Under the pieces are notes generated by a model, which worked only from the letters and a program-made list of their open reading frames with translations, was not told where the DNA came from and searched no databases. Below, one piece after another: positions 51,309-61,145 of a stretch of 64,000 bases of DNA. Numbering within the stretch: the stretch's first letter is position 1; each line of letters begins with the position of its first letter. Source of the DNA: an uncultured bacterium (GTDB taxonomy: Bacteria > Verrucomicrobiota > Verrucomicrobiia > Limisphaerales > UBA8199); NCBI GenBank assembly GCA_963749495.1, contig CAVVMW010000019.1, positions 64,001 through 128,000 on the forward strand, read 5' to 3'. The position numbers were made by a program, and so were the translations under genes.

Positions 51309-52572
51309 CGCCATGGGCTATGGCAACCTGGGCGACGCTGCCACCCAGGACGCGGTTATCGCGAGCATCAGAACGCGCCGGCCACAAGCTCGGATTGTTG
51401 GTTTTTCACTCGTTCCCGACAACACCGTGAAACGGCATGGCATTGCTTGCTACCCTATCACACGGCACTCTCAGGGGAATGCCTCACAATCGCAGAAAGC
51501 CAGCGGGCCCAGAAACGTCAAGTCCGCAGTTAAGTCGGCCTGCAGAAGGGTGCCCGTCTTGCACGCTCTGGCTAAGGCCGCGGCAGACATCGTGCGGGAA
51601 GGCATGTTTCTCGCCCGCTCATACAGGGTGTTGCGAAATCTTGACGCTCTAATCATGTCAGGGGGTGGCCAGTTGGATGACTTGTGGGGGGGGGCCTGGG
51701 CGCACCCCTACAATCTCTTCAAATTCGCGGTTCTAGCCAAACTCGCAGGCAGAAAACTCTATTTTCTCAATGTCGGAGCCGAACCGTTGGAATATCGGCT
51801 TAGCAGGTTCTTCGCAAAGTCCGCTGTCCAGTTAGCTGATTACGTTTCCTTTCGTGACGACTACTCGCAGGCGGTCGTGCAAAATCTGGGGGTGACCAGG
51901 GAGACTTGTGTCCGCCCGGACTGCGCTTACGCTCTGGACGTAAGCGAATATCGAAACGGAAGTTCCGTAGGCTCCGCGACGGCGACAGTGGGGATTAATG
52001 TGATGGGCTTTTGCGATCCGCGCGTCTGGCCCCGCAAGGAGCAGCCTGTTTACGAGGCATACTTGGAAAAGATGACCAAGTTTTGTCTCTGGCTCGTGGA
52101 GCGAGGCCACAGCCTGAGACTATTCAGCACCAGCCTTGGTATTGATAAGCGGGCTATCGCCGATTTGAAGGGACGACTTCTTCAGAGGTGCATCTTGGGC
52201 GATTGCAATGGCGGGGCGTTTCAGAGCTCCGGCGAGCCAGTCAAGGAAGTCCTGTGCGGGGTTGTTCAAGAAGTGCTGGCAGAGATCGCAAGGTGTGACT
52301 TTGTCCTCACCGCAAAATACCATGGCGTGATTTTTTCCCACCTGTTGCGCAAGCCCGTGATTGCCCTGAGCTATCAGAGGAAGACCGAGGTTGCGATGAA
52401 GGCGATTGGCCTGGGAGATTTCTGTGCGAGTATTGAGCACTTTGAAAGCGACTGGCTGATCGGCGCGTTTCGTTCGCTGGTTCGGAGTTGCGAAGCCATA
52501 AAGTCCCAAGAAGCCACTGCGACAGCCGCATACGCGGAGACGCTGCGCAGGCAGTTCGACAAACTCTTTTAG
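51289..52572 (+). CDS. Polysaccharide pyruvyl transferase family
   Basis: YGNLGDAA, MSGGGQLDD, VSFRDDYS, PDCAY, AKYHGVI, LSYQRK. Confidence 0.9.
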   Translation: MKIGLLDAMGYGNLGDAATQDAVIASIRTRRPQARIVGFSLVPDNTVKRHGIACYPITRHSQGNASQSQKASGPRNVKSAVKSACRRVPVLHALAKAAADIVREGMFLARSYRVLRNLDALIMSGGGQLDDLWGGAWAHPYNLFKFAVLAKLAGRKLYFLNVGAEPLEYRLSRFFAKSAVQLADYVSFRDDYSQAVVQNLGVTRETCVRPDCAYALDVSEYRNGSSVGSATATVGINVMGFCDPRVWPRKEQPVYEAYLEKMTKFCLWLVERGHSLRLFSTSLGIDKRAIADLKGRLLQRCILGDCNGGAFQSSGEPVKEVLCGVVQEVLAEIARCDFVLTAKYHGVIFSHLLRKPVIALSYQRKTEVAMKAIGLGDFCASIEHFESDWLIGAFRSLVRSCEAIKSQEATATAAYAETLRRQFDKLF

Positions 52573-52820
52573 ACAGCGGATCAGGTGCCGAAGAGTGCGC
52601 CTGCGAAGACGTGGACGTAAGCAGGCCATTCGTCAGGACAGCACAAACATTCACGCCGCCGGACGGAATGGACTGGGTCTTCGTCGCACGCGGTTCTTCG
52701 CAACATTGTGTGGCGCCGGGTACTTATTCCCAAGATGGAGCGGATCGCTCCTCTTCGCGCTTTTACCCGCCGGTGTATCATTAAGATAAAAATCGTGGCA
52801 GGGTTGAAGGTGAAAGTCGT

Positions 52821-53735
52821 ATGAAACTGCAATTACAGAAACCTGAATGGGTGTACTTCAATGGAGCAATTCGTCGTTGGGAGGAGGCGGTGCTGCATGT
52901 CTCGACGGAAGGTGTGAATCGGGGATTGAGTGTTTTCGAGGGGATAAGGTGCTACACGCAACACGACGGGGTGGGTTTCGGCCTATTGGCCCTGCCTCGC
53001 CATTTTTCGCGGCTGCGGAGATCGGCGAGGTTACTTCATATTCCGTTCTTGACGCCTTATGCGGATTTTGAATGCGTCTGTCACCAGCTCGTTCAGAAGT
53101 TGAGGAAGCCCGGGAGCGACATGTGGGTCAGGGCGACATTGTTCGTTGTTGAGGGCCAATGGGGTGAGGGCACCGTTTCGGACCTGGTCTTGACCGCGTA
53201 CCAACAATCGACAGAACTTCCGCAGCCGATCAAGCTGGGTGTGAGCACCTGGAGACGGTCGAGCAACGTCTCTCTGCCGGCGCGAATCAAGGCCGCGTCG
53301 AACTACCAAGTGGGCCGCATGGCTCGAATCGAGGGGAGAAGCAGAGGATATTCTGAGATGATATTGCTTAACCAATGGGGGCGTGTTGCCGAGGCAACGG
53401 GGTCCTGCGTGTTGATGGTGCGGAACGGCGTTGTTGTTACTCCACCGGCATCTGAAGGTGCCCTGGAGAGCATCACCTTGGAAATCGCGCGAGACCTTTG
53501 CAGCAGTCTGCGAATACCCTTCGAATGTCAACCTATTGACCGAACAGAGCTGTATGTGGCTGAAGAGATTGCCTTGGTGGGGACGTTGTCGGAAATCACG
53601 ATGGTCGAATCGGTAGACGGTTTTGAACTGTCCGGAGAGACAGGGATTCTCGCTCGGGTTATTTCCCGCTTCAGAGACGCTGCCCGGGGCCGTGAAAGGC
53701 ATGCAGCGGTGGATCTTTCCTTGGTGAACGACTAG
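52821..53735 (+). CDS. Class IV PLP aminotransferase (BCAT/D-amino acid aminotransferase-like)
   Basis: SVFEGIR, HFSRL, RIKAASNY (catalytic K), VAEATGS, LESIT, VGTLSEI. Confidence 0.88.
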   Translation: MKLQLQKPEWVYFNGAIRRWEEAVLHVSTEGVNRGLSVFEGIRCYTQHDGVGFGLLALPRHFSRLRRSARLLHIPFLTPYADFECVCHQLVQKLRKPGSDMWVRATLFVVEGQWGEGTVSDLVLTAYQQSTELPQPIKLGVSTWRRSSNVSLPARIKAASNYQVGRMARIEGRSRGYSEMILLNQWGRVAEATGSCVLMVRNGVVVTPPASEGALESITLEIARDLCSSLRIPFECQPIDRTELYVAEEIALVGTLSEITMVESVDGFELSGETGILARVISRFRDAARGRERHAAVDLSLVND

Positions 53736-53833
53736 TTCGAAGAACACTGCGCATAGCGACCCATTCAACAAATGGGCGCGCAGGAACCGAAGCGGGGCCG
53801 GGCATTAATGTCGGCCTGAAACTGGGAGGGGCA

Positions 53834-54163
53834 ATGAGAGCGCAGTTTGAGCACGTTCGGGAGCAGGGATTGGAGGACCATTTCGAGGTGAGGGGCCGGC
53901 CGTGCTGTCTGACGTATGCAACTCTGGACCAAAAGAAGGAATCCTCGCAAGCCTTTCGCACTCTCTTTCTGCAGGAAACCATGAAGCGCGGCGTACTGCT
54001 CCCGTCACTGGTGGTCAGCTACTCACATTCAGACTCCGACATCCAGCAGACTGTGGATGGCATCGCCGCGGCGCTGCTCGTCTACCGCCGGGCACTGGAA
54101 GAGGGGATTGACCGGCATCTGCAAGGCCGGCCAGTCAAACCGGTCTTCCGCAAGTTCAACTAG
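53834..54163 (+). pseudogene. C-terminal fragment of a glutamate-1-semialdehyde aminomutase-like class III aminotransferase
   Basis: FRTLFLQETMKRGVLLPSLVVSYSHSDSDI...GRPVKPVFRKFN; PLP-binding N-terminal region absent. Confidence 0.7.
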
Positions 54164-54339
54164 CGTTTTCTTCGCTGCCTCAGTGGCAAACAAACGTGGG
54201 CTATCGTTCGGTAAGCCGGGTCGGAATTAAGGTCAAGACGTCGGAGATAGTTTTACCTCCTCAGCCTGGCTACGACACCGCAGGGGCAGGCAGGCGAGCG
54301 GCGGCGACCGGCTTGAGGTCATCATTGGGGCCTGCCTGA

Positions 54340-55962
54340 ATGGCGGCCATAACAACCCAAAGCAGCATGGACTTTGACGCCATCGTCGTAGGCTCCGGTC
54401 CCAGCGGTGTCGCCACGGCCTCCGCTTTGCTCCGGCGGGGACGAAGGGTGTTGACGCTGGACGCGGGACTGCGTCTGGAGCCTGAGCGCCAGACCGTCGT
54501 GGAACAGATGGCGGCAACCGATCCCTCCAGATGGACCCCCTCGCAGCTGGCTACTGTCACGGAGGGGATGGAGCCTTGCGCCAAGGGTATTCCGCTCAAG
54601 CGGGTTTTTGGCTCTGATTTCCCGTTCCGTGAAACCTCCCAATTCCCGAATGTCGCCTGCCGCCATAGCGAGATCAAGGTGTCCTTTGCCCTCGGCGGCT
54701 TCAGCAACGTTTGGGGAGCTGGCGCCATCCCGTTCTGCGCCGATGATATCAGCGATTGGCCCATCCGGATAGAAGCCCTCGCTCCCTTTTACGGCGAGTG
54801 TCTTGAAGAGATGCACTTGGCGGCAACGGTTGACGCTCTCGCGCAGGATTACCCGCTCTATACGCCGCATTGCCGCGCGTTGCGGCCAAGCCGGCAGGCG
54901 GTCGCGCTGCTGGCCGATCTGGAAGGGAGCCGCACCTCACTGGAGCGGGAGGGCGTTCGCTTCGGAGTTTCGCGGCTCGCAGTCAAGACTGGAGCACCCG
55001 ATGATCCACACGGTTGTGTTTACTGCGGACTCTGTCTCTACGGCTGCCCGTACGGCTTTATCTACAACTCCGCCGCTTGCCTCCAGTCGCTCATCGCCCA
55101 ACCGCGCTTCAGCTATCAACCCGATGTGGTGGTCGAGCGCCTGGAAGAGGCCGGCGCGACTGTTACTCTGCGGGCGCGCGGGCGCCAGTCCGGCGAAGAA
55201 CTGCGTTTCTCCGCAAGGCAGGCATTTCTGGCCTGCGGCCCCGTTGCGACCACCGCCATCCTTTTGGACTCCCTTTCGGCCTGGGGCCACCCACTGCAGA
55301 TGAAAGACAGCCAGTACTTCATCTGCCCGGTACTGCGCTTCCGAGGCACCCCAGATGTCGAACACGAGCAATTGCACACGCTGGCCCAGGTCTTTCTCGA
55401 GATTCGTGACCCGGCGGTTTCAGCGAAGGGCATCCACCTCAGCGTTTATACCTACAACAGCCTGCTGCTTCTGGCCCTCCAGAAGCGAGCCGGCGTCCTG
55501 GGCAAGCTGTTCCCGGCCTTGCCGAAAGCGCTCGCCCGCCGCCTTCTGGTCTTCGGGGGTTACCTCCACTCCAACGAGTCTCCCTCTATCGAGATCTCAC
55601 TCACCCGCTCCCCAGATCAGGCCAGGCGCGTCGTACTGCGCGGCAACGAGCCCGGCGCCAGCGCGCAAACCTTAAGCCGGTTGATGAAAAAGCTGATCCG
55701 CAACAGCCTCCGTTTTAAAGCCCTGCCACTGGCGCTGGCAGCCAACCGTGGACTCCCCGGCCGCGGCTTCCATTTCGGCGGTACGTTTCCCATGTCCGTC
55801 AAACCAACGCACTTCCAATCGGACCTTGCCGGACGGCCCTTTGGCTTCTCCAAGGTGCACATTGTTGATAGCACCGGCCTTCCGTCCATCCCGGCGCCTA
55901 ACCTGACGTTGACGGTGATGGCGAACGCGAGGCGGATCGCGGCCGCTGCGTGTCAGGTGTAA
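54340..55962 (+). CDS. FAD-dependent GMC-type oxidoreductase
   Basis: IVVGSGPSG, ALGGFSNVWGA, CVYCGLCLYGCP, HFGGTFPM, VDST...NLTLTVMANARRI. Confidence 0.88.
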   Translation: MAAITTQSSMDFDAIVVGSGPSGVATASALLRRGRRVLTLDAGLRLEPERQTVVEQMAATDPSRWTPSQLATVTEGMEPCAKGIPLKRVFGSDFPFRETSQFPNVACRHSEIKVSFALGGFSNVWGAGAIPFCADDISDWPIRIEALAPFYGECLEEMHLAATVDALAQDYPLYTPHCRALRPSRQAVALLADLEGSRTSLEREGVRFGVSRLAVKTGAPDDPHGCVYCGLCLYGCPYGFIYNSAACLQSLIAQPRFSYQPDVVVERLEEAGATVTLRARGRQSGEELRFSARQAFLACGPVATTAILLDSLSAWGHPLQMKDSQYFICPVLRFRGTPDVEHEQLHTLAQVFLEIRDPAVSAKGIHLSVYTYNSLLLLALQKRAGVLGKLFPALPKALARRLLVFGGYLHSNESPSIEISLTRSPDQARRVVLRGNEPGASAQTLSRLMKKLIRNSLRFKALPLALAANRGLPGRGFHFGGTFPMSVKPTHFQSDLAGRPFGFSKVHIVDSTGLPSIPAPNLTLTVMANARRIAAAACQV

Positions 55963-55986
55963 GCTTCTCTTTGGCCATATAGGATC

Positions 55987-56467
55987 ATGGCAATACTCAG
56001 GTATCTTCTTTCTGGTGGCAGTGCGGCAGCACTCAACCTCGTGATCCTATACGTTCTCACGGATGTCTTCGGAGTCTGGTATCTGTTTTCTTCAAGCGTA
56101 GCGTTCATCGCCTCGCTCGCCGCGAATTATGCTCTCCAAAAATATTGGACATTCCGGAATTGTGCACGGGCTGACACCCAAAGACAAATTATCGTTTACG
56201 TCGTTTTGTGTCTGGCAAATGTACTACTAAATGGCGGTGCCATGCGTTTCCTCGTGGAGAAAATGAAAGTATGGTATGTACTCGCGCAGGCTCTGACGAT
56301 AGGAGGTACTGGCTTGCGTGAATTATACAATATACAAGAGATTCATTTTCTCAACGGTGACACGCGTTGGCAGGCTGGGTTTTAGAAACGGCCTTAGGTG
56401 CTGCGTCTGTAGAAGCAAAGAGGGTGGCTTGCATAAGTCTGGCGTGCCCAGCGCAGGTGAACCGTGA
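55987..56467 (+). CDS. GtrA family flippase-like membrane protein; apparent frameshift at ~56305
   Basis: RYLLSGG, NYALQKYWTF; removing one G restores the fourth TM IGVLACVNYTIYKRFIF, with stop at 56467. Confidence 0.8.
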
Positions 56468-56560
56468 CACGAGGTTGGGTGGCAATGCTCCACCGTTTCC
56501 GATTGACGGCAGTTCGAGGACCTCTACCCGCTCCGCCGCCCACTGGCCTCCGTCTCGCTT

Positions 56561-57433
56561 ATGACTGCGCGCAATGACCAACCAACGTGCCTCGTCACTG
56601 GTGCGAATGGCTATCTAGGAGGCTGCGTGACGAGGATGCTCCGGCAACAGGGCTGGCGCGTCGTCGGGATGGTGCGCTCGCCTCAGCCAGGGGACTTGGC
56701 CATCGCGTTTCAACTCGGCTGCGAGGTTGCCGCGGCGGATTTATCCGGAGCCAGGGGGATGGTTCATTGCGCCTACGATTCCTCACCTTTGGCCTGGGAG
56801 CGCACCCATCTTGTTAATGTGCAGGGCACCGAGAAACTCCTTCAGGCTGCGCGTGAGGCTGAAATCAGACACGTGGTCTATATCTCGAGCATCAGCGCCT
56901 TTGAAGGCTGCCGGTCCCTCTATGGCAAGGCCAAACTGGAGACTGAGCGTATTGCTTTTGGCGGCGGTGCTGTGGTCCTGCGCCCGGGTTTGATTTACGG
57001 TCGCCGTCCCGCCGGCATGTTTGGCCGGTTGGTAGCCCAGGTCGAGACGGCACGGGTGCTGCCACTCATGGGGGGCGGCCCCCAAATCCAGTACCTCGTG
57101 CACGATGAGGACCTTTGCCGGCTCATTTGCGCCTGTGTCGCCGGCAGTATCCCTCCGGTTGGGCGTCCCATCACCATCGCTCACGAACAGCCGTGGCCAT
57201 TCCGCCAGCTCCTGGAAGCGATCGCGTGTGCCAGGGGCAAGTCCCTTCGGTTCATTCCGGTGCCCTGGCGCTTGGCTTGGGCGCTGATGAAGCTGGCCGA
57301 AATGGCCCGGCTGAACACCGGTTTTCGCAGTGACAGCCTGCTCAGCCTGATGTATCAGAATCCGCACCCGTCCTTTGAACTCCAGCGGAGCCTGGGCATA
57401 GCCTGCCGGCCCTTTCAGTTGGACGCGCTCTGA
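56561..57433 (+). CDS. NAD-dependent epimerase/dehydratase (extended SDR)
   Basis: VTGANGYLG, ISSIS, YGKAK, LRPGLIYG. Confidence 0.9.
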   Translation: MTARNDQPTCLVTGANGYLGGCVTRMLRQQGWRVVGMVRSPQPGDLAIAFQLGCEVAAADLSGARGMVHCAYDSSPLAWERTHLVNVQGTEKLLQAAREAEIRHVVYISSISAFEGCRSLYGKAKLETERIAFGGGAVVLRPGLIYGRRPAGMFGRLVAQVETARVLPLMGGGPQIQYLVHDEDLCRLICACVAGSIPPVGRPITIAHEQPWPFRQLLEAIACARGKSLRFIPVPWRLAWALMKLAEMARLNTGFRSDSLLSLMYQNPHPSFELQRSLGIACRPFQLDAL

Positions 57434-57643
57434 GCGGGCTGCGTCCCCTATGCCCGTGCTGGGCCAGCCGCGCAAGTTGGCGGCCGCAACCGGCCTGCGA
57501 GATCCAAGCATGTTAGTGCACCTCCCAACGTGGGGCCTGGCCGAACGGCTTGTCCACCCATGGACCCGTACGTCGGTCTGTGCGATGCCACCTTGGTCGT
57601 CGCAAGGGCAATGGCACCGCAATGGCCTCCGCCAACTAAGTCT

Positions 57644-58321
57644 ATGAACGACCCCGTCTTTATCGTTATTCCGGCCTACAACGAATCCGCTTGTGTCGGC
57701 GATGTCGTCAGCCGCCTCAGGGCTAAGTACTCACAGGTCATCGTGGTCGATGATGGCTCGGCCGACCCGACTGGCGCGGCTGCCGAAGCCGCCGGGGCGG
57801 TCGTCCTCCGGCATCTGATCAACCGCGGCCAGGGCGCAGCTTTGAAGACCGGCGTTGATTATGCCTTGGCTCAAGGGGCCGAGATCATTGTCACGTTTGA
57901 CAGTGACGGCCAGCACCAGTTGGACGACGTGGAAGGCTTGGTTGCCCCTGTCCGCGAAGGACGCTGCGACGTAGCGCTGGGCTCTCGGTTTCTGCGCCAC
58001 GAAAGCGACGTCCCATTCATGCGTAAGCTCATCCTCAAGCTGGGCGTGGTTTTCACGCGTTTAGTTTCACGGATCCGGGTGACCGACACCCATAACGGTC
58101 TGCGCGCGCTCTCCCGGCGGGCGGCTGAGCAAGTCCAGATTCGCCAAGACCGCATGGCGCATGCTTCGGAAATCCTGGACGAAATTAGCCGGCTGAAGCT
58201 CCGTTACTGCGAGGCCCCAACCCGCATCGTTTACAGCGAGTATTCGCGTGGCAAGGGCCAGCGCTCCTCTGCGGCCTTTCGCATCGTTTGGGATTTTGTG
58301 GTTGGAAAGTGTGGGTGGTGA
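57644..58321 (+). CDS. DPM1-like polyprenol-phosphate glycosyltransferase (GT2)
   Basis: VIPAYNE, VDDGS, NRGQGAAL, FDSDGQH, TDTHNGLRA. Confidence 0.92.
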   Translation: MNDPVFIVIPAYNESACVGDVVSRLRAKYSQVIVVDDGSADPTGAAAEAAGAVVLRHLINRGQGAALKTGVDYALAQGAEIIVTFDSDGQHQLDDVEGLVAPVREGRCDVALGSRFLRHESDVPFMRKLILKLGVVFTRLVSRIRVTDTHNGLRALSRRAAEQVQIRQDRMAHASEILDEISRLKLRYCEAPTRIVYSEYSRGKGQRSSAAFRIVWDFVVGKCGW

Positions 58322-58322
58322 T

Positions 58323-58673
58323 ATGCTCCTGATCCAGATTCTGATTGTCTCGTTCGCGCTGTATGCTTTTACGCGCGCCCTGCTCCGTTTCCGCAAGCGC
58401 GCGATCAACCTGAGCGAGTTTCTCCTTTGGGGCGGATTTTGGCTGTGCGTCGGGGTGTGCGTGCTCACGCCAGGCATCACCCAGTGGTGCGCCGACCTCC
58501 TGGGCGTCGGCCGTGGGGCCGACGCCGTCTTCTATCTCGGAATCGTGGGCCTGAGCTATGCCACCTTCCGCAGCTATCTCAGGACCCGCCGCCTCGAACA
58601 AGAGATCACGGAACTGGTCCGAAAATTAGCCCTGCGCCAAGCCGACATCGAGCGGGACCGTACCGACGCCTAG
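58323..58673 (+). CDS. DUF2304-like small membrane protein
   Basis: Three TM segments, LLGVGRGADAVFY, ITELVRKLAL; typical partner of this GT2. Confidence 0.85.
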   Translation: MLLIQILIVSFALYAFTRALLRFRKRAINLSEFLLWGGFWLCVGVCVLTPGITQWCADLLGVGRGADAVFYLGIVGLSYATFRSYLRTRRLEQEITELVRKLALRQADIERDRTDA

Positions 58674-59012
58674 GCACGTTCCTGAAGAATCTCACGTTGT
58701 GAGAGGCCTATTTTATCTGTGTCCTGCGCAACTGGCGGGAGCTGCCTCCCCGGGCCTTATTTGCGGCGCATCGGCCGGCTTTGGCATGGCGCTCAGCCGG
58801 CTTTCCGGAGTGCGGGTGCTGGCTGGCAAACTGCTCGTAAGTGCGATCCTGAACGGCGCGGCTCTTGCGACGTTCCTGTCCGTGCTGCTCAAGCTTTGGT
58901 TCCAGGAGACCCATTACACGCTGTGCATAGCAGCAGGAGGTATTCTCTGTTTGGCCTGGAACCGACACCTAGTAGCGAGCCGGGCTCCGGCGCCGCGGAG
59001 AACACACTAACT

Positions 59013-60689
59013 ATGAGCGCGATAAACGAGAGATTTGCCCGTCCAACGGGCCCGACGATGAATTATGATCGTAAGTCCGCACCACGAAATTGGCTTCCGA
59101 TCGCATTCATCCTCGCAGTGTCAATCACTGTGAGGCTCGCTCACCTACTAGCAGGACCGATGGTGATTGAGCCCGAGGGCGCGTACTATGCGCGCGTCGC
59201 GGAGAATCTGGCCGCCGGATCAGGGTGGGTTGGAATGTACGCCCGGGGTTTGCAGCTTATATACCCACCTTTGTACCCCCTGCTCATAGCCGGCGTTCAC
59301 ATTCTCGGTCCACACGTCGAATTAGCCGCACGACTCGTCTCGCTGTTATTCGGCTCACTCCTGGTTGTTCCGGTTCTGTTGATCTCTAGGTTCATGTATG
59401 GTCAGCGGGTCTGGTACGTTGCAGCTCTGATCACTGCCATACATCCTGTCCTTGTTGGAATTTCAACAGCCGTGTTCTCGGAATCTACCTACCTGTTCCT
59501 GCTCTTTATGGGCATATTCTGCGCGATGGTCTCAGCTCGAGACTTGTCCTGTCGGAGTGCGATCATAGCGGGCGCCCTGGTTGGGTTGGCGTACATGACG
59601 CGCCCCGAGGCGCTGCTGACCGTCTGTTTCCTGTTTCTCGTTGTCCTTGTTTGCGGTTGGAATCACAAGCGGAGGGCAGGCCGAGTGGCCGTTTGTCTGG
59701 CCGCCGCGTGCATGGTGGCAGGCTCACCGTATATGTGGTTTCTGAAGATGCACACGGGACAGTTCCGCCTGGAGGCTAAAAGCGCCGACAATTTCGCCAT
59801 CGAGAAGATGCTTTCAGCCGGCATGGCACCAATACAAGCGTATCGCTTGGTAGATGATGATCTGCGGCCCATTGGTGTCACGATGCGATCGGATCTGGAT
59901 GTCATGCGCGCGACGAAGGTTAGCCTGCCGACGGCGCTTCGGCTTGCTAAGGCGGTTGCTCCGCAGACACTTCGCTATTTTGTGAGTGTGTTGTTTGAGA
60001 AGCAGGCACTTGGGGGAGTCGTCTTGATCGGCCTGGTAACGATGGGCCTTCTCCGATCAGCGTGGGATCGCAAGAGAGCAGTGCGCGAAGGGTTTGTCGT
60101 CGCGTATCTCGCGTGCTTGGTCCTGCCGCTCTTATCGTGGTGGGCCTCCACCTCTCGGTTCGCGGTAGTCTTTTTGCCGGTTCTGATCGTCTGGGCGTCC
60201 AATGGTGTTGAAGAGGTGGGGGCTTGGCTCGGAGAAACTTGGACGGGCATTTCGCGGAACCAGGAGTGCGAGCTGCGAGCTCGGGTTGTAGGGATTGTCG
60301 GTTCAGCAGGGGCGTTGCTTTTGCTCTCGTGGCTAACGGTCGCCAGTTTTGAGGATTTGCGCCCCGGTGATCCAGCGCTTAAGAGAGCCGGGCTGGAGTT
60401 GAAGAGGAGGTTTCCGACGAAAAAGTTGGTGATCATGGATATGGATCCAATCGTCACATTTTATGCTGGCGGGATCTATCGAGCGTTTCCGTATTGCACG
60501 GAGAAGACTGCTCTCCGGTACATATCTGCGAACCAGGTGGACATTATTGTGTGCCGGCAAAATGGGCAGCAGGCCATCCCTTATTATCAGGATTGGGTAA
60601 CTGCCGGCATTCCCGACGACAGAGCGAGTTTCATTTTGGGCGTGCCGAGCGCGAAGCAGGGTCGAATAGTCTTGTATGGGTGGCATTAG
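59013..60689 (+). CDS. GT-C (ArnT/PMT, GT39-like) membrane glycosyltransferase
   Basis: EPEGAYYARVAENL, YPPLYPLL, SESTY, LAYMTRPE; many TM segments. Confidence 0.85.
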   Translation: MSAINERFARPTGPTMNYDRKSAPRNWLPIAFILAVSITVRLAHLLAGPMVIEPEGAYYARVAENLAAGSGWVGMYARGLQLIYPPLYPLLIAGVHILGPHVELAARLVSLLFGSLLVVPVLLISRFMYGQRVWYVAALITAIHPVLVGISTAVFSESTYLFLLFMGIFCAMVSARDLSCRSAIIAGALVGLAYMTRPEALLTVCFLFLVVLVCGWNHKRRAGRVAVCLAAACMVAGSPYMWFLKMHTGQFRLEAKSADNFAIEKMLSAGMAPIQAYRLVDDDLRPIGVTMRSDLDVMRATKVSLPTALRLAKAVAPQTLRYFVSVLFEKQALGGVVLIGLVTMGLLRSAWDRKRAVREGFVVAYLACLVLPLLSWWASTSRFAVVFLPVLIVWASNGVEEVGAWLGETWTGISRNQECELRARVVGIVGSAGALLLLSWLTVASFEDLRPGDPALKRAGLELKRRFPTKKLVIMDMDPIVTFYAGGIYRAFPYCTEKTALRYISANQVDIIVCRQNGQQAIPYYQDWVTAGIPDDRASFILGVPSAKQGRIVLYGWH

Positions 60690-60769
60690 ATTGGGAGGAT
60701 TTGAGTGCGGCAAAGTGGTGGCAATGGTGTGTTTTTGGAGTCGAGACGCGGCAGGCCCGCGGTTGCGGC

Positions 60770-61092
60770 GGAGGCCTAGTCATGTATATATGAAAGATGG
60801 ACGGGAGGGGCGGGATTGTTTTGAGAAACTGAAGGGTGAGGCGGGCAGAGACGTTTGCTGGGGTGGTGGCCGAGGGCAGCGCTTCTATGGAGTCAGTCCC
60901 GAGCTTTGCACGTTTGGGAGGGCGCTCCGCAACAGTTGTGGCGTATCCGCGCTCGTCGGTCGGCGCGACATTATGGGGCCTGGGGGATTGACATCGGCCC
61001 GGCGCTCCTCGTGTGCTGTCGAGCACTGGAAGCGGATGGACCGGTATCTGGGGGGCCTGCCGGTGAAACCGGCCTTCCGCAAGTTTAATTAA
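60770..61092 (+). pseudogene. Second, internally deleted remnant of the GSA-aminomutase-like aminotransferase
   Basis: QRFYGVSPELCTFGRAL...SALVGRRDIM (catalytic FGK decayed to FGR) joined to YLGGLPVKPAFRKFN*. Confidence 0.65.
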
Positions 61093-61145
61093 TTGCAGCG
61101 GTGCGCGAGCGGATCAAGGCCATTACTGATAAGAGAGAGGAACAA

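Noticed and set aside
58699..59010. 103-aa hydrophobic ORF
   Set aside because: Could be a small membrane protein or a remnant, but no family signature is recognisable, so it was not called
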